A stretch of DNA of 64,000 nt from Pelomyxa schiedti (Eukaryota > Protista > Evosea), in assembly GCA_020536535.1 (NCBI GenBank), contig JAHLWZ010000797.1:1-64000 (forward strand), read 5' to 3'. Within the stretch, counting starts at the first letter, position 1. The number at the start of each line of letters is the position of its first letter. The notes under the pieces are model-generated. The model saw only the letters and a list, made by a program, of their open reading frames with translations, had not been told where the DNA came from and ran no database searches. Made by a program: the position numbers and the translations under genes. Below, piece after piece: positions 13,489-25,600 of the stretch.

Positions 13489-16400
13489 TTACAGTAGAGT
13501 GATGACGATAAGGGAGAAGAGTATAATAGCAGCGTGAGCAGTTACTTGGCTGGTTCCACTCACTGAGAAACTGTCTTCAACACTTGAGGGTTCCGCGGAT
13601 TCTTCAGTACTGCTTTCTTTTTCTGAGCTGCTTTCTTTTTCTGAGCTGCTTTCTTTCTCTGAGCTACTTTGTTTAACTGGGCTGCTTTCTTCTGCTGGGC
13701 TGCTTTCTTCCACCGGGCTACTTTCTTCCTCCTGTGATTGTCAATTAGAAAAGACAAAGAAGCGGAGAACTAACCTTGGAAGAGTACGACGACAAGGAGT
13801 GCAAAAGGGAGGAGTCACTCACACCGGCTGAGTGGGATGAAAACTCCGAGATAGCGGAACTAGAGCGAGAAGAAGATGAACTGGACTCAGATACGGAGGA
13901 AGACTCTGATGAAGATAGGGAGTGAGAGGACTCAGAAGATGATGATAATGAAATGCTGCTCGAACTTTGTGAAGAACTGCTCAAACTTTGCGAGGAACTG
14001 CTCGAACTGTAGGAAGAGCTCTCTGAAGAGGAAGAAGATTCCGAAGAAGATAAGGATACTGAGGAAGAAACTGAAGAGGAGCTTGAGTGTGACAATGAAG
14101 AGCTGGAATGGGAAGATGACGATTCAGAAGAGGACGAAACAAGGCCGCACTCGTGATTGCCTCCCATGTTGTCAAGACCGTCTGGACAAGGAGTACACCC
14201 ACGTGTTGCATTCATGGCGTCCCCGCCATAGCCACGGGCACAGTAGCAGTACGTTGATGCGTTAGTCGATATTGAGTTGGGTGGACATTGTGTGCAAGTA
14301 ACGGCCTGATACACAGAGTAAGTCCCAGCGAGACATCCTGTGCAGTTGGAACTGTCATTGGTAGATTTGTAGTAGCCACCTGGACACGACAAGCAATATC
14401 CAGCGTTTTTCTGTGTTCCCGCCAGGCATATGCATTCAGTGGCACCATAGCTGAGTGTGGTTGTGTTCCCTGGACAGGATACACATTCAGCATCCCCTTG
14501 GCTGGATTTGTAGGTACCCTGCACGCAGGCAATACAAGAGGACCCACCATGACCTGCGTTGCAAAGGCACGTAGTATGATTAACCGTTACCGTAGAGTTG
14601 GGTTTACAAGGTGCACAGGGCTTGTTACTAGTGTCGGATTTGAAGTCGTTGTTTATACAAAGAGTGCACGTGGAAGTCGAGGCATCCCCGCCATAGCCCG
14701 GAAGACACAGACACGAGCTGATTGATAGCTGTCCATTAGACAGTGTCGTGGAATGGTTTGTGCAAGGGGTGCATTCTTTGTTGGAGGTTGTATTTTTGTA
14801 CGTTCCAACAGCGCACAGTACACAGGTGTCCTTGCTTAGTGTGAACTGTGGGAGACACAAGCATTGGGCAGAGGAATTACTGCCCATACTGAGTGTGGTG
14901 GCATTAGGGGGGCAGGGTGTGCAGGATTTGTTGGAGATATCTTCTTTATAAGTGCCAAAAGTGCAAGGTGAACACCCAAGATCAAGGTTAAAGTTTGTAT
15001 AACCGGGTATACAAGAAAACTGTGTGAGAGAAGTCGCTCCTTCAACTTCCGTTGTGGTGAATGGAGGTCCACTTATGCAAAGTGAGTTCCCACTTGGTTT
15101 ATAGGTACCACGTGGACAGATTGTGCAAGAGCCACCAGTGGAGTTAGCAAATCCTCCATAGCCAGCTAAGCACTGACATTGAGTAACATTAGTGCTAGCT
15201 ATGGCAGCTGTAGTGGCGTTGGGTACGCACCTGGAGCAATTGGTATTTGATATATTTGGCTTGTAAAAACCAAGTTGGCAGGCACTACAATTCCCAGATG
15301 CAGCATTACCCTCATAACCAGGCAGGCAAGTGCACTCGTTCCGTGTGATCGAGCCAATGGCACCTCGATTTGTGCTGTTGGGAACGCATCCGATACACGC
15401 TGTATTGCCTCTTTGATCCTTGAATGTGTCAGATGGGCACGATGTGCACGAGCCATTTTTCTCCCAAGTGGAACCATAATATCCAAAGCCCTCCACACAC
15501 TTGCAGTCGGATTTGCTCTCTGCTGCACCTTTCGCGGTAGTAGAGTTCGCAGGACAGCTTTGACAGAGGGAATTTGAAATGGTATCTTTATATTCACGCC
15601 CACCACACGGCTGGCATGAGTCAGTTGTTTGATTCGCAAAACCGCCATATCCTTTGGAGCATTTACAGTCCTGAATTGTTATTGATGCAGTTTTATTAAG
15701 GTTTGTGGAGTGGTCTGCACAAGACAGACAATTCTCATTAGCATCTTCCTCCTTGTACTTATCAGCGGTACACGCTGTGCAAAGTCCCGCAGAAGCATTG
15801 CCTCCATAGCCTTTGACACAATTACATGAAGAGATAGATTTCTGTCCTTTTAGCCCTTTTGTTGTTGAGTGGAGGGTGCAGTTTTTGCAGTCTGCATTGT
15901 TCCACTGGTCTTTATAGGTATCACAACCGCACGCCGAGCAGCTTCCAGTCGCTGCATTGCCTCCGTTACCTTCATTGCATTTGCAATCGGCCCTATCTAT
16001 CGAGCCTTGCTTTTTATTGGAAGAATTTGATGGGCATGCATCACAGACTGCGTTGGCGATTTTTGCTTTATATGTGTCAAAATCGCAAAGGTGACAACTA
16101 CCAGATGTTGAGTTTGCGTAACCATAGAATCCAGCCTTGCATTTGCACTCTGTTACGTCCGTAGAGCCGGTCTTATTTGTGGTAGAATTTCCACAGCACC
16201 AGGAGCAAACAGTGTTATTTATAGTATCCTTATAGTACTCTGCAAGACACTCGGTACATCCAAGGGAACTCGACGCATTCCCTGAGAAACCCTTAATACA
16301 CATGCAAAACATACTGCTGTTTGCCCCGGTTACAGAATTAGTGGAGGCATGAGGGAGACAATGGGTGCAATTGATATTGGCAAATTCTGGTTTATAGGTA

Positions 16401-19400
16401 TCAGCAGGACAAGCAGAACAATTTACCCCTAGGTCAGCACGTCCCTGGTAGCCAGGAAGGCACATACAAGCAGTAATCGAAGTTTTCGCGGTGCCATTTG
16501 TCGAGGATTTTACGGGGCATTGATGGCAGTCCAAGAGATTGGCGTACTCTGGTTTGTACGTCCCTGCACCACAAGCGGTACAGTACGGGAGAGTAGTCTT
16601 TCCAGCATCGCCGCGGTATCCTGGGAAACACTTACATGCTGACTGGAGAGTATTACCCCAGGTCCCATTAGTCCCAGCACGCTGGCCGGCCCAAATACAA
16701 CCCGCGCAAGCACCGTTAGCATTTTTTGTCTTGTAGGTATCAGGTATACAAGGATCACAGCGGCCTGAAGCCGCAGAAGCGTTGCCACTGTAGCCGGCAA
16801 GACACAAACATTCTGATATGGTACTAGCTGTCGTACTTGTGGTAGTTGAATTACCAGTACAAGAAGAGCATGCGAAGTTCCCTGCAGCCTTGTATTTTCC
16901 CTTTCCACAGACAACGCACTTGGTTGGAGGGGCCGTATCGTTGTATCGCCCGGCATTACACGAACAGTTGTATTTGCTTGGGTTTGCTGATGGACTCGTC
17001 GAATACGTCGGACAGGGTGTGCATGTTGCCGCGTTCCCGTTCGCGTCCTTGTAGAAATTAGCCGGGCAAGGAACGCAGCTACTTGTTACAGCACTACCGT
17101 TGTACCCCTTGATGCAGATGCACGTAGCATTGGAAACAGCAGCAGCAGGACCAGTAGCATTGCCAACACAAGGGATGCAAAGAGAGACGGGCCCATTGGC
17201 AAGACCGGTCTTGAATGTTCCAGCAGTACAGGGTGAGCATTTTTGAGAAGCATTTGCAAAACCATAAAAGCCGCCACTGCATTTGCAGGATGTTACACTT
17301 GTAGATGCCACAGCAATAGTAGAGGCATTGAGAGTGCATGACGTACATGAGATACCATTACCAGTGCAGTTCTTATATGTGCCAGTTCCGCAAGCAGTGC
17401 ACACTGATGTGGCTGCGTTGCCAGTGTAACCCAAATCACATAGGCAAGCAGTAATGGAGGTACTTCCTTTTTTAGCCGTTACAGAATTCGCTGTGCACGC
17501 CACACAAGCGGTATCCGACAAATTGTTCTTATAAGTATTGAAGGCACACTGATCACAAACGAGCCCAGATGCTGCAAACCCTGGATTGCAGAGGCATTGG
17601 GCGGAGGAAGTAGAGGTTTTAGCTGTAGTATTGCTGTTATTTTTACAGGCAACACAAGTGCTGTTGAGATTTGTTGACCACTTGGAATACCCACATTCTA
17701 CACATCCACTGGGCACAGCTGATTTAGTCGGAGTGGCGCCTGTATAACCCGCTTTGCATCTGCAGTCATTAGAGCAATAATGCCAACTATTGGCGGGGCA
17801 TGTAGATGTGCAATTGGACAAGTATTTGTCAGTAGGACATAGGCAACCGCCATTCAAATCCGTAGGATAACCGCCAAACTGACAATTTGAACCACAAGTC
17901 CTGTTTGAGCATGAGTGAAATCAGCGAAACACTACAAAACAGTACATTGCTTTGCAACTGCACTTCCCGGAAGCACGCGAGCAAACTCCCGTACCACTAT
18001 TGCATGTGCCGTCAGTGCCACACTTGGTTGCGCATGTCGAATCGCCATAGCCTGAATAGCAGTGACAAGCCTTATCATCACTACAAAGTCCTTGTTGACA
18101 AGAACAAATCTCAAGCTTTCCGTTGAAAGTTCGCTGTGCATGGTGAATTTGGAATTTTCTGTGAAAAAGTAACACACAAACAACGAGGAGGATTGCCCTG
18201 TGTAACCACTTGCGTGAATCTTAGATCCGTCAACAACGACAGCAGTCGTCCACTCGGTGGTTGCGGTTGTCAACTGTCCCGCAGATAAACAAGTCCCATC
18301 TGTGCTGAGTACCAAAATGCCAGTGTCAGTGGCGTCAGCATACCTGAAGTTGAATATTAAAACTATTTTTGTTCGGCAAAAAACCTACAAGGTTGTCGAG
18401 CAAATAGAAAGTTTGGCAGTAAATGGAAAGGCAGCATAGATTGTGGAACCTGTGACGAGAGATAAAGCAAAAGCTGTCTCACCCCAAATGTAATTTGCCT
18501 GATAATTATTAACGGACTTTCTATCACCACAACAATGCCCTTTATTTTTATTGTCTTTGGAGTACATACCGACGACACAAGGGGGGGTAGTATGTAGGAC
18601 TCGTCAAAGGATTTTGCCCAACTACAAGTAAGGACATATGTTGTGGTAGTCCCAGTTATTTTAGCCAAAAATAGGGCCTCGGTTGTAGTCGTAAGCTGAG
18701 TACCACAGACAGTGGTTGTTCCATTAAAGCGCCCAAATATGTAGTAGCTGTAGCTGGACAATGTTAGGGACAGAGCCCCTACTTCTGCGTGGTCAGCAGT
18801 TGTCTTGGGGGCGAGTACAACAAGTGTGGTAGAAACAGCACCAGTGCTGGGATCTAATTTTCAGAGTTGGAAACCTCCAGCCACAGATGATATACCTATG
18901 ACATAGACTGAACTCGTAGTTGGAGTAGACACAGAAACTATTGGGTAATAGGTACCCCCGGTAGTCTTTTGAATTCCAATAGAGCGTACAATGCCGAGAG
19001 TGGTACCAAGTTTTACATGCCATGCTACATTCTGGCCCACAATTTTCATAAGCCAAGCCTAAACCTCTTATGTTAATAGGGATCTAAAAGAGTCACGAAA
19101 AACTGACATCTCTGCTGCTGGAAGAGATATTTAAATTAGTAACGTCATATTTCGCATAGAAAGGATTGGCGGCGATGGATACAAAATAGCCCCCCCAATA
19201 GAGTGTACTGGAAGATGCCTAATGAGAAGTTTGAACTTGGGGAAAAACGGCCAAGGGAACCTCATAGGCACAAGCAGTGGGTGCAATCCCTGATGTAGGA
19301 GTACTCTTTGATACTTGAACCCAGGAAACAGCACCAGCCGCGGTAACACGCATAACAAAAGGCATGCCCCAAGTACTTGTTCCTATATCATAAGAAACCG

Positions 19401-20099
19401 TATAGTCTCCAAAGTAGGTCGGGCCACTTACAAGTCCAACAACAAAAACGCCCGAATTGAACTTAATTAAAGAAAACCACAAGGAAAGAAACAAATTAAA
19501 AGGTAATGAAAGGATATTCTCCAGCATTGCACACTGCACACATTTGAGCTCGAAAAAAACTAGTCGTGGCCCCTGTGGAGGTAACCCTTACCACCCACTC
19601 GTAGGCAGTGCCATTGGGATAAAGCTTCCCAACATACCCTGTCTGGGTGGCAACTGTCGAGACCTGATTTTGTTTGGTATGGAAGAAGCAATAAAGTCCG
19701 TCAAACCTGAGAAATTTGTACGTTGTTTGGGAAAGTCCATGACGCTCCCCCAGCAGCCCCAGTGAGTGTACCAATAGTGTAAATCTATGGAAAGTGAGAC
19801 GGGATGGCAGTTTATAAGCTGGTTATTAGAAAAAAAGAAAAGTTTCGTAGGTTATATTAACAGGCACAAAATACCGATCCTCCAGACATAACAGCAGTTT
19901 GACCCAATAAGGGATTTCCAGTTCCTCCCACCGCCCCCAGTCCCGGTGACTGGTCCCACGTGGTTTGAAACAGTCTATCCAAACCCACCGCGCTTTTGCA
20001 TCCCAGTGACACAATAAATATTACAACAGCCAACAACGAGAACGCGCTCGACGACGGCGAGTGCCGAACTTGTCCTCCGTTACGAAGGTTGTGGTGCAT
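13489..20099 (-). CDS. Giant Cys-rich cell-surface protein (signal peptide, beta-rich N-region, EGF-like, >20 ephrin-receptor-like/GCC2-3 Cys repeats, Ser-rich stalk, GPI/TM tail)
   Basis: ORF 13745..17857 is an array of ~54-aa units CxxC..YK...N..CxxC..STT....CxC..GYxG. Poly-Ser stalk, tail AAIILFSLIVITLL*, N-terminal hydrophobic FSLLAVVIFIVSLGC. Confidence 0.8.
13609..13720 (-). repeat. 18-bp coding tandem repeat (ESSSEK-type units)
   Basis: ctgctttctttttctgag repeated with variants; translates EESSPA/EESSPV/KQSSSE/KESSSE/KESSSE/KESSTE. Confidence 0.8.
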
Positions 20100-20340
20100 T
20101 TGTTTGTCGCCTTGTATGTATCGTGTTTTGTCGTGTTTCCGGTGCGGTGTATGGTGTAGGATGGTAACGATGATTTGTTGTTGTTTTTGATTTTTGGTAC
20201 AGCGGCGGTTTGTTCCGAGAATTCTATACTTGGATTAGATCTACGAACGCCGATGCCACCGGCAGTTGCTTTGTTTTTGCACTGAACTCGGGTTGATCTT
20301 GTGGAAGGATGCGGAACAAACGCACAGAGGTTTTTTGTTA

Positions 20341-21502
20341 CTACAAATCACCACTGTTTTCTGATAGGCCACTCTGGGGTTCAGTGGGATTTGTTGGTTC
20401 ACAAAGAGGTGTGGGAAATGGAGGAGGTTGTTTTGATTGTATTGTAGCACCCTTCTCCCATATAACTTTATAGTTCATATCTGACGCGTACATTTCCAGG
20501 TCATAAGCGAACCGCTTTGTGTAGCCCAAGTTCACAGTCACAGAGTCTTCTGACCTATTTATAATATTTTGTTTGTCATTCTAAGTGCGGCATTTCGCGA
20601 ACTGTTCGTACGTGTATAGAGCAATGTATGGCAAGAGGGTCTCCACAGGTACTTCTACATCAAAGGCAAAGCCAAGGAAGTATCCATTGCGTGTGTAAAA
20701 TATTTTGTGTTCTCTGAGGTCAAGACCGCATCCAACTATATGTCCATATCCAAAGACGGGGCCCCATCTTCTTCCCCATGACTGCTCATGAAAAGTTCGC
20801 CCATCATCCCCGTGGTATCTGTGGCTGCATAAGCAAAATCAAAGGGGGGAAAAAAGAGGAATTTTCAACCCATAGCTATCAGAATACCACCCTGGGTGGT
20901 AGTATGTGTTGGGTGCGTGTGTGGATCCTTATGAAGTCTTAGAAGAAAAAAAAAAAAAAAACCCAAAGAGGGGCAAACCATAACCGATGCCAACAGTACA
21001 GTGTGGCATACTGTTAATCAAAACCTCAAAATAACATAAAGCATAGGGAGGAAGAGGAACAGGCATGAGAGGTAGAATGGACGTTATAACACCAGAGTGG
21101 TAGCCAGACTGCCTAGTGACTTCTTTGTACGCAAAATCATACAGTCCAAAACTGTCACCTCCCTCTTTAGGAACATATACGACATTGTCATTAGTCTCCA
21201 GAGGTGAAGCTGTTCCCTTTTTTTTTTTGTTATTAGATGTTTTCAGGGTCTGGGTACTACTTTGGTGAAAAAGGGCGATGAACCAAGCCCAGAGAGCCAC
21301 GAGGAATCGACAAGGGCACCTACCCATTGTTAACCGACTAGTTTCGTGTGAGTGCATAGAAAAGAACGTGCAACCAACCACTCATAAACAGTTGCCGCCA
21401 GCGCCGACACACCATCGACACCCTGTGTAGATCTCTAAGTCCGAGGTACCTACATATTTCCGGCAACACATTGAATAGCGTATCTTCCACAACCGTAGCC
21501 AT
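20341..21502 (-). CDS. F-box + SPRY domain protein, spliced
   Basis: LPEICRYLGLRDLHRVSMVCRRWR (F-box); CYFEV..VGIGY, HPGWYSDSYG, YHGDDGRTF..WGPVFGYGHIVGCGLDL..IFYTRNG, VNLG..FAYDL (SPRY). Confidence 0.85.
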
Positions 21503-22046
21503 CCCTTCACAAAAAAGAATGATTATCACGAAACGAGTTCGGGGAAAATTTCGAATGGCTTGAAAGGAAAATCACCGCCCATTGATCCAGATATGCTTTA
21601 TTTGGAAAAAATAAATAACACCAGCGGAGGTAGATTGGGTTTGGATAGTGACCACCACACTGTGAGGTGTGCTGGGGTGTTGATGGTTGTGGTTTTACTT
21701 GTGAAGTAAGGGAGAAAGAAGCCCGAATACAAACACAAGAGTTTATAATTTATTACTTTAGCTTTTGCTGGAGCACTACAATGGTGTTGTTCCCGCCTTT
21801 TCAAGGCACCATAATCAGCTCTAGGTGTCGCCTGAATCTCCCTCATCCTTCGCGTTCTATTTTTACACGCAGATACTTTTAGTTTCATCATCAAAAACCT
21901 CTTATCATAGGACTGCTCCAATGAACTCTGTCTGCATATATGAGAGGTAGTTTGTTGCGGATTCGAACCCACAGGTTTGTCCCTTTTCCCCAGATGTCAA
22001 ACAACCATCAACGAAGATACAAAAAAGCCTCCTAACCAGAACCGCG

Positions 22047-22292
22047 ATGGACGGTGACGACGAGCATTGCGTGACGATGGGGCGGGGCGTGGTGCCGCTG
22101 GAGCGGCGGCGCCGTGCGCTGTCCGAGATGGGGCGCAACGTGGGGCTCGTGGTCGCGTTCGCGGCGGTCCTCACCGCGGCGCCGTGGGTACTGCGGCGGG
22201 CCCCGCTATGCGCCTCGCGCCGCGCCGCTGGGATCGCTGCGATGGTCGCGGGTGTGTTTGACGGCGCGTGGCGGGCCATCACCAGGACGTGA
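22047..22292 (+). CDS. Small hypothetical membrane protein (or last exon of one)
   Basis: GC-rich island matching an 81-aa ORF with hydrophobic stretches VGLVVAFAAVLTAAPWVL and AAGIAAMVAGVF. Confidence 0.4.
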   Translation: MDGDDEHCVTMGRGVVPLERRRRALSEMGRNVGLVVAFAAVLTAAPWVLRRAPLCASRRAAGIAAMVAGVFDGAWRAITRT

Positions 22293-22652
22293 CCGCACTC
22301 CCCGTTATTAAGGATCCTTATTGGGCTGTCTGCTGAGCGGTATTCTCTTGTTGGGTGAGAAATACAAAACACAAAGCACATACTGTCTGTTCTCTATGTA
22401 ACCTATGACGCAGGAAACTGGCACATGCAACAAAAACCAAAGACAATGTAAAAGCCATACCAAAAAAATACCGAGAACAAAAAAAATGCCAAACAAGTAG
22501 TATTCGTTGTGGTTGGTGTCGTACGAACCTTGAGGTGTACTTTGGGGATAGACAAAAAAAGGAAATGTTCTATTGATTCTTACAGGGGCCGTGCCAATTT
22601 GGTTTTTTTGGGTGGTTTTTATTTTTATTACAATGAAACACATGCTGTTCAG

Positions 22653-25600
22653 TTAAGATTTTCCTGGTGCCGCTTTTTCCACGTTACAGGGAAACCAAAA
22701 AAAAAAGGGAGGCCATACGTCTTGCAGCAACAGGCTTCCGTTTCTTCTTGCCGGCTATAACGCCATCAATCATATCATCCACAAGGTCCACCTGTTTCGC
22801 TGCACCACCAGAGGCTGCCGCTGTGCCACCGGGACTTGCACTTGCTGCTGCAGCTTTCTTCTGAAGGCTTGCTTGGTTCGCAGCAGCCTAAAGGTGAACG
22901 GGGTTAGTGCTCATAAGCTTGATTTTGTTTGTTGAACGTACTCGTTTGTTCCTTTCTTCTTCTCTCTTGGCATCCTTGGCCTTTTTCTCGGCGATAGCCT
23001 CATTCTCCTTTTGTGCTTTCTGAAGAAGAGAAGGTTAGCAATAAATTGTTCAGCCTGAATTGGTAGCATACTTCAAACATTTCAAAGAAAGTCTTAAATT
23101 CTTTGAAGAACTCTTCTGGGGGAAGGGGTTTGTCTGTCTCTTCTCCCAAGAACACCAACATCTTGGTGTGTAGCTCTTTGGCCCGGTCATACGTTGCTTT
23201 TAGTTGATCTACATCAGATTTGGCACATGTGAGGAAGGGCTGTTGGGATTGTGTAAATTCGAAATGCACAAAACGGGTATTTTGCACACCGCCATGACAG
23301 TGATAAAATTGTCCTCAGGGGCATCTTTTTTCAGTTGATTCAGAACCACTTCGTTTTCCCTGACACTTTTGCCGAGTCCAGCAATTTCGGCCTCAAAGGT
23401 GGTTCCAGGAACTGTACAAAAAACGGAGTCACTAAATACCACGGGGAAAACAGTATACCTGAAACACAATCAATTGTTGATTTCATTTCATCTTTAAGGG
23501 TCAACAGGTCTTTCAACGAGTCGTCAGTCGTGATTAGACTAACAAGGAAATTCATCAATGTTTGTCCATCGGTTCCCTTGGTTTCATGCAACTGAATTGA
23601 TGGTAAAGGGTAATAATTGTAAACCAGGGAGTTCAACCTTGGAAATCAAGCCAATTTTGAAGGCAGGGCACCCACCACGGGGAGTTCCGCTGTTGAGGAA
23701 GTTGCCCAAGACCAGAATCAAACTCAGTAATTTACGGAATTTGGTACTTTCCAGCACAACTCTGCAAGCATTCTCGTAGGTTGATAATTCCTGAAGATAT
23801 TTTAGTGATAAAAAGAGCATATGAGGAACACACTGGCTTCAAATCTGCTACTTTGCTGTTAAAGTCAAGTTTGAAACCCAAGGCAGACAGTTTTTCCTTC
23901 ACTTTAGGCAAAGCATTGAGCTAGTTGGGTAAGAGTAAGTGGATGCCGAAGAGTGTACGAATAAATCAATATAATAAAGGACGGACACTTACATCCCAGG
24001 CAAACTGATCAGGCATTCCCAGAGTAGAATGATCTGGTGTGGCAAGGTGATTTTTAAGGTTTTCTACCTTTACGAATGTTAAATAAGGGAAAAAAAGGGG
24101 GAAGGTACATCTGTGCTCTCTGGCATGCACTTGAGAATGGTGGCAATTACTTGGGAATCAGGGAACAGGAATTCATCACAAGCTTTGATACCAGCAAGAA
24201 TCTCTTGGGGCGTTTTGTTTTTAAATCCTTTGACCATGATAGCTATAAGTTGTATATGAGTACAAAACCAGATATGGGGATATGTATGTAACCTATATTT
24301 TGGGCCAGTTTTGGGTCGATGACACCAGCCTTCTTAGGGGGCTCATTGGTTGCAGATTTTTCTGCCTTGGGCTTTGCCTGGAATTGCGCTTCAACATCCT
24401 TAAAAGGTACTTTGATGCGGTCCAGCTCTGGCAAGTTCATAAACACCTTAATGGAAATAAGTAAAAGCTAGAGTTGTTTGGTAACGTACAGTACTGGACA
24501 AAGATTTTGGAGGAATCTTAACCCACTGGATACCCTTCAACGGCGCCGCCGGTTTGGGGATGGCTTGCAGGGCTTTCGGTAACTATTCAAAGGTGACAAA
24601 GTAGTTTCAATGTGGAAATCACACCTCAGCACCGCCGCGGGCTCTGCCACGGAATGCGCCAGGACCAGGAGGTGGAGGAGGGCCACCAGGACCACCTCCA
24701 GGAGGTGGTGGGGGGGGGGGCGGGCCGCCTCCTGGTGGTGGAGGAGGTGGGGGAGGGCCGCCACCAGGTGGTGGGGGTGGCGGAGGGGGTGGTGGCGGAC
24801 CACCCCCAGGTGGAGGAGGGGGCGGGGGAGGAGCAGGAGGACCACTGAAGCCCGGCGGAGGAGGCGGTGGAGGAGGTGCTGGCGGAGCATTAGAGTCCAC
24901 GGCCCCTCCCTTTGCTAAAAAGGCGGCAGGAGGCGGCGGTGGAGGTGGTGGAGGGGGCGGCCCGCCGCCGCCGCCAGGAACGAAACCTGGGGGAGGGGGT
25001 GGTGGCGGGGGGGGCGGGTGGGGCATCCACCGCTTCGGTTGGGGTGGCAGCCTGTTTGGCAAGAAAAGCGGGTGGTGGTGGAGGAGGTGGTGGAGGTGGT
25101 GGGGGAGGGGGCCCTCCCGAAGATGGAGCAGGGCCCGCAGTTGACGCGGCAGGTTCACTGCCACCCCCACTGGAGGAGAGTCTCCTTTCCAAAGACGTGA
25201 TTTGAGATTGAGCATCTCTGAGCTGGCATTGTAGTTCGTTGACTTGTTTCACTGAAGTGTCCAATTTTTTTTGTATTTCTGGGTCAGGTGGACCCACTGA
25301 TGTTCCCGGTGAAATGCCTTTAGAAACTTCCAGAAGTTTAATTTTGCCAGCGAGTTCTTCCACTTCCTTCCGTTTTTCTGATAACTCTTTGGTGGCAGCT
25401 TCCAGGTTTTGTTTTGCACTTTCCAGCTGGGCAGAAATAGTGGAAGAAGACATGTTAGTAGAATCGAACTTTTTCCGTGCATCTTCAGCTGCACTCAGTG
25501 CAGCTGTAAGCTTCTTATTCGCTTCTTCTTCTCGGGCTTTGACAGTCTCACTAAATGCAAAGGTCAAAGGAGCAAGTAAATACAGTTTGGGCACACAGTT

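Noticed and set aside
13745-17857. Repeat array as a CRISPR-like or DNA-level tandem repeat
   Set aside because: Periodicity is at protein level (Cys spacing) with diverged DNA; no repeat-spacer structure or cas genes.
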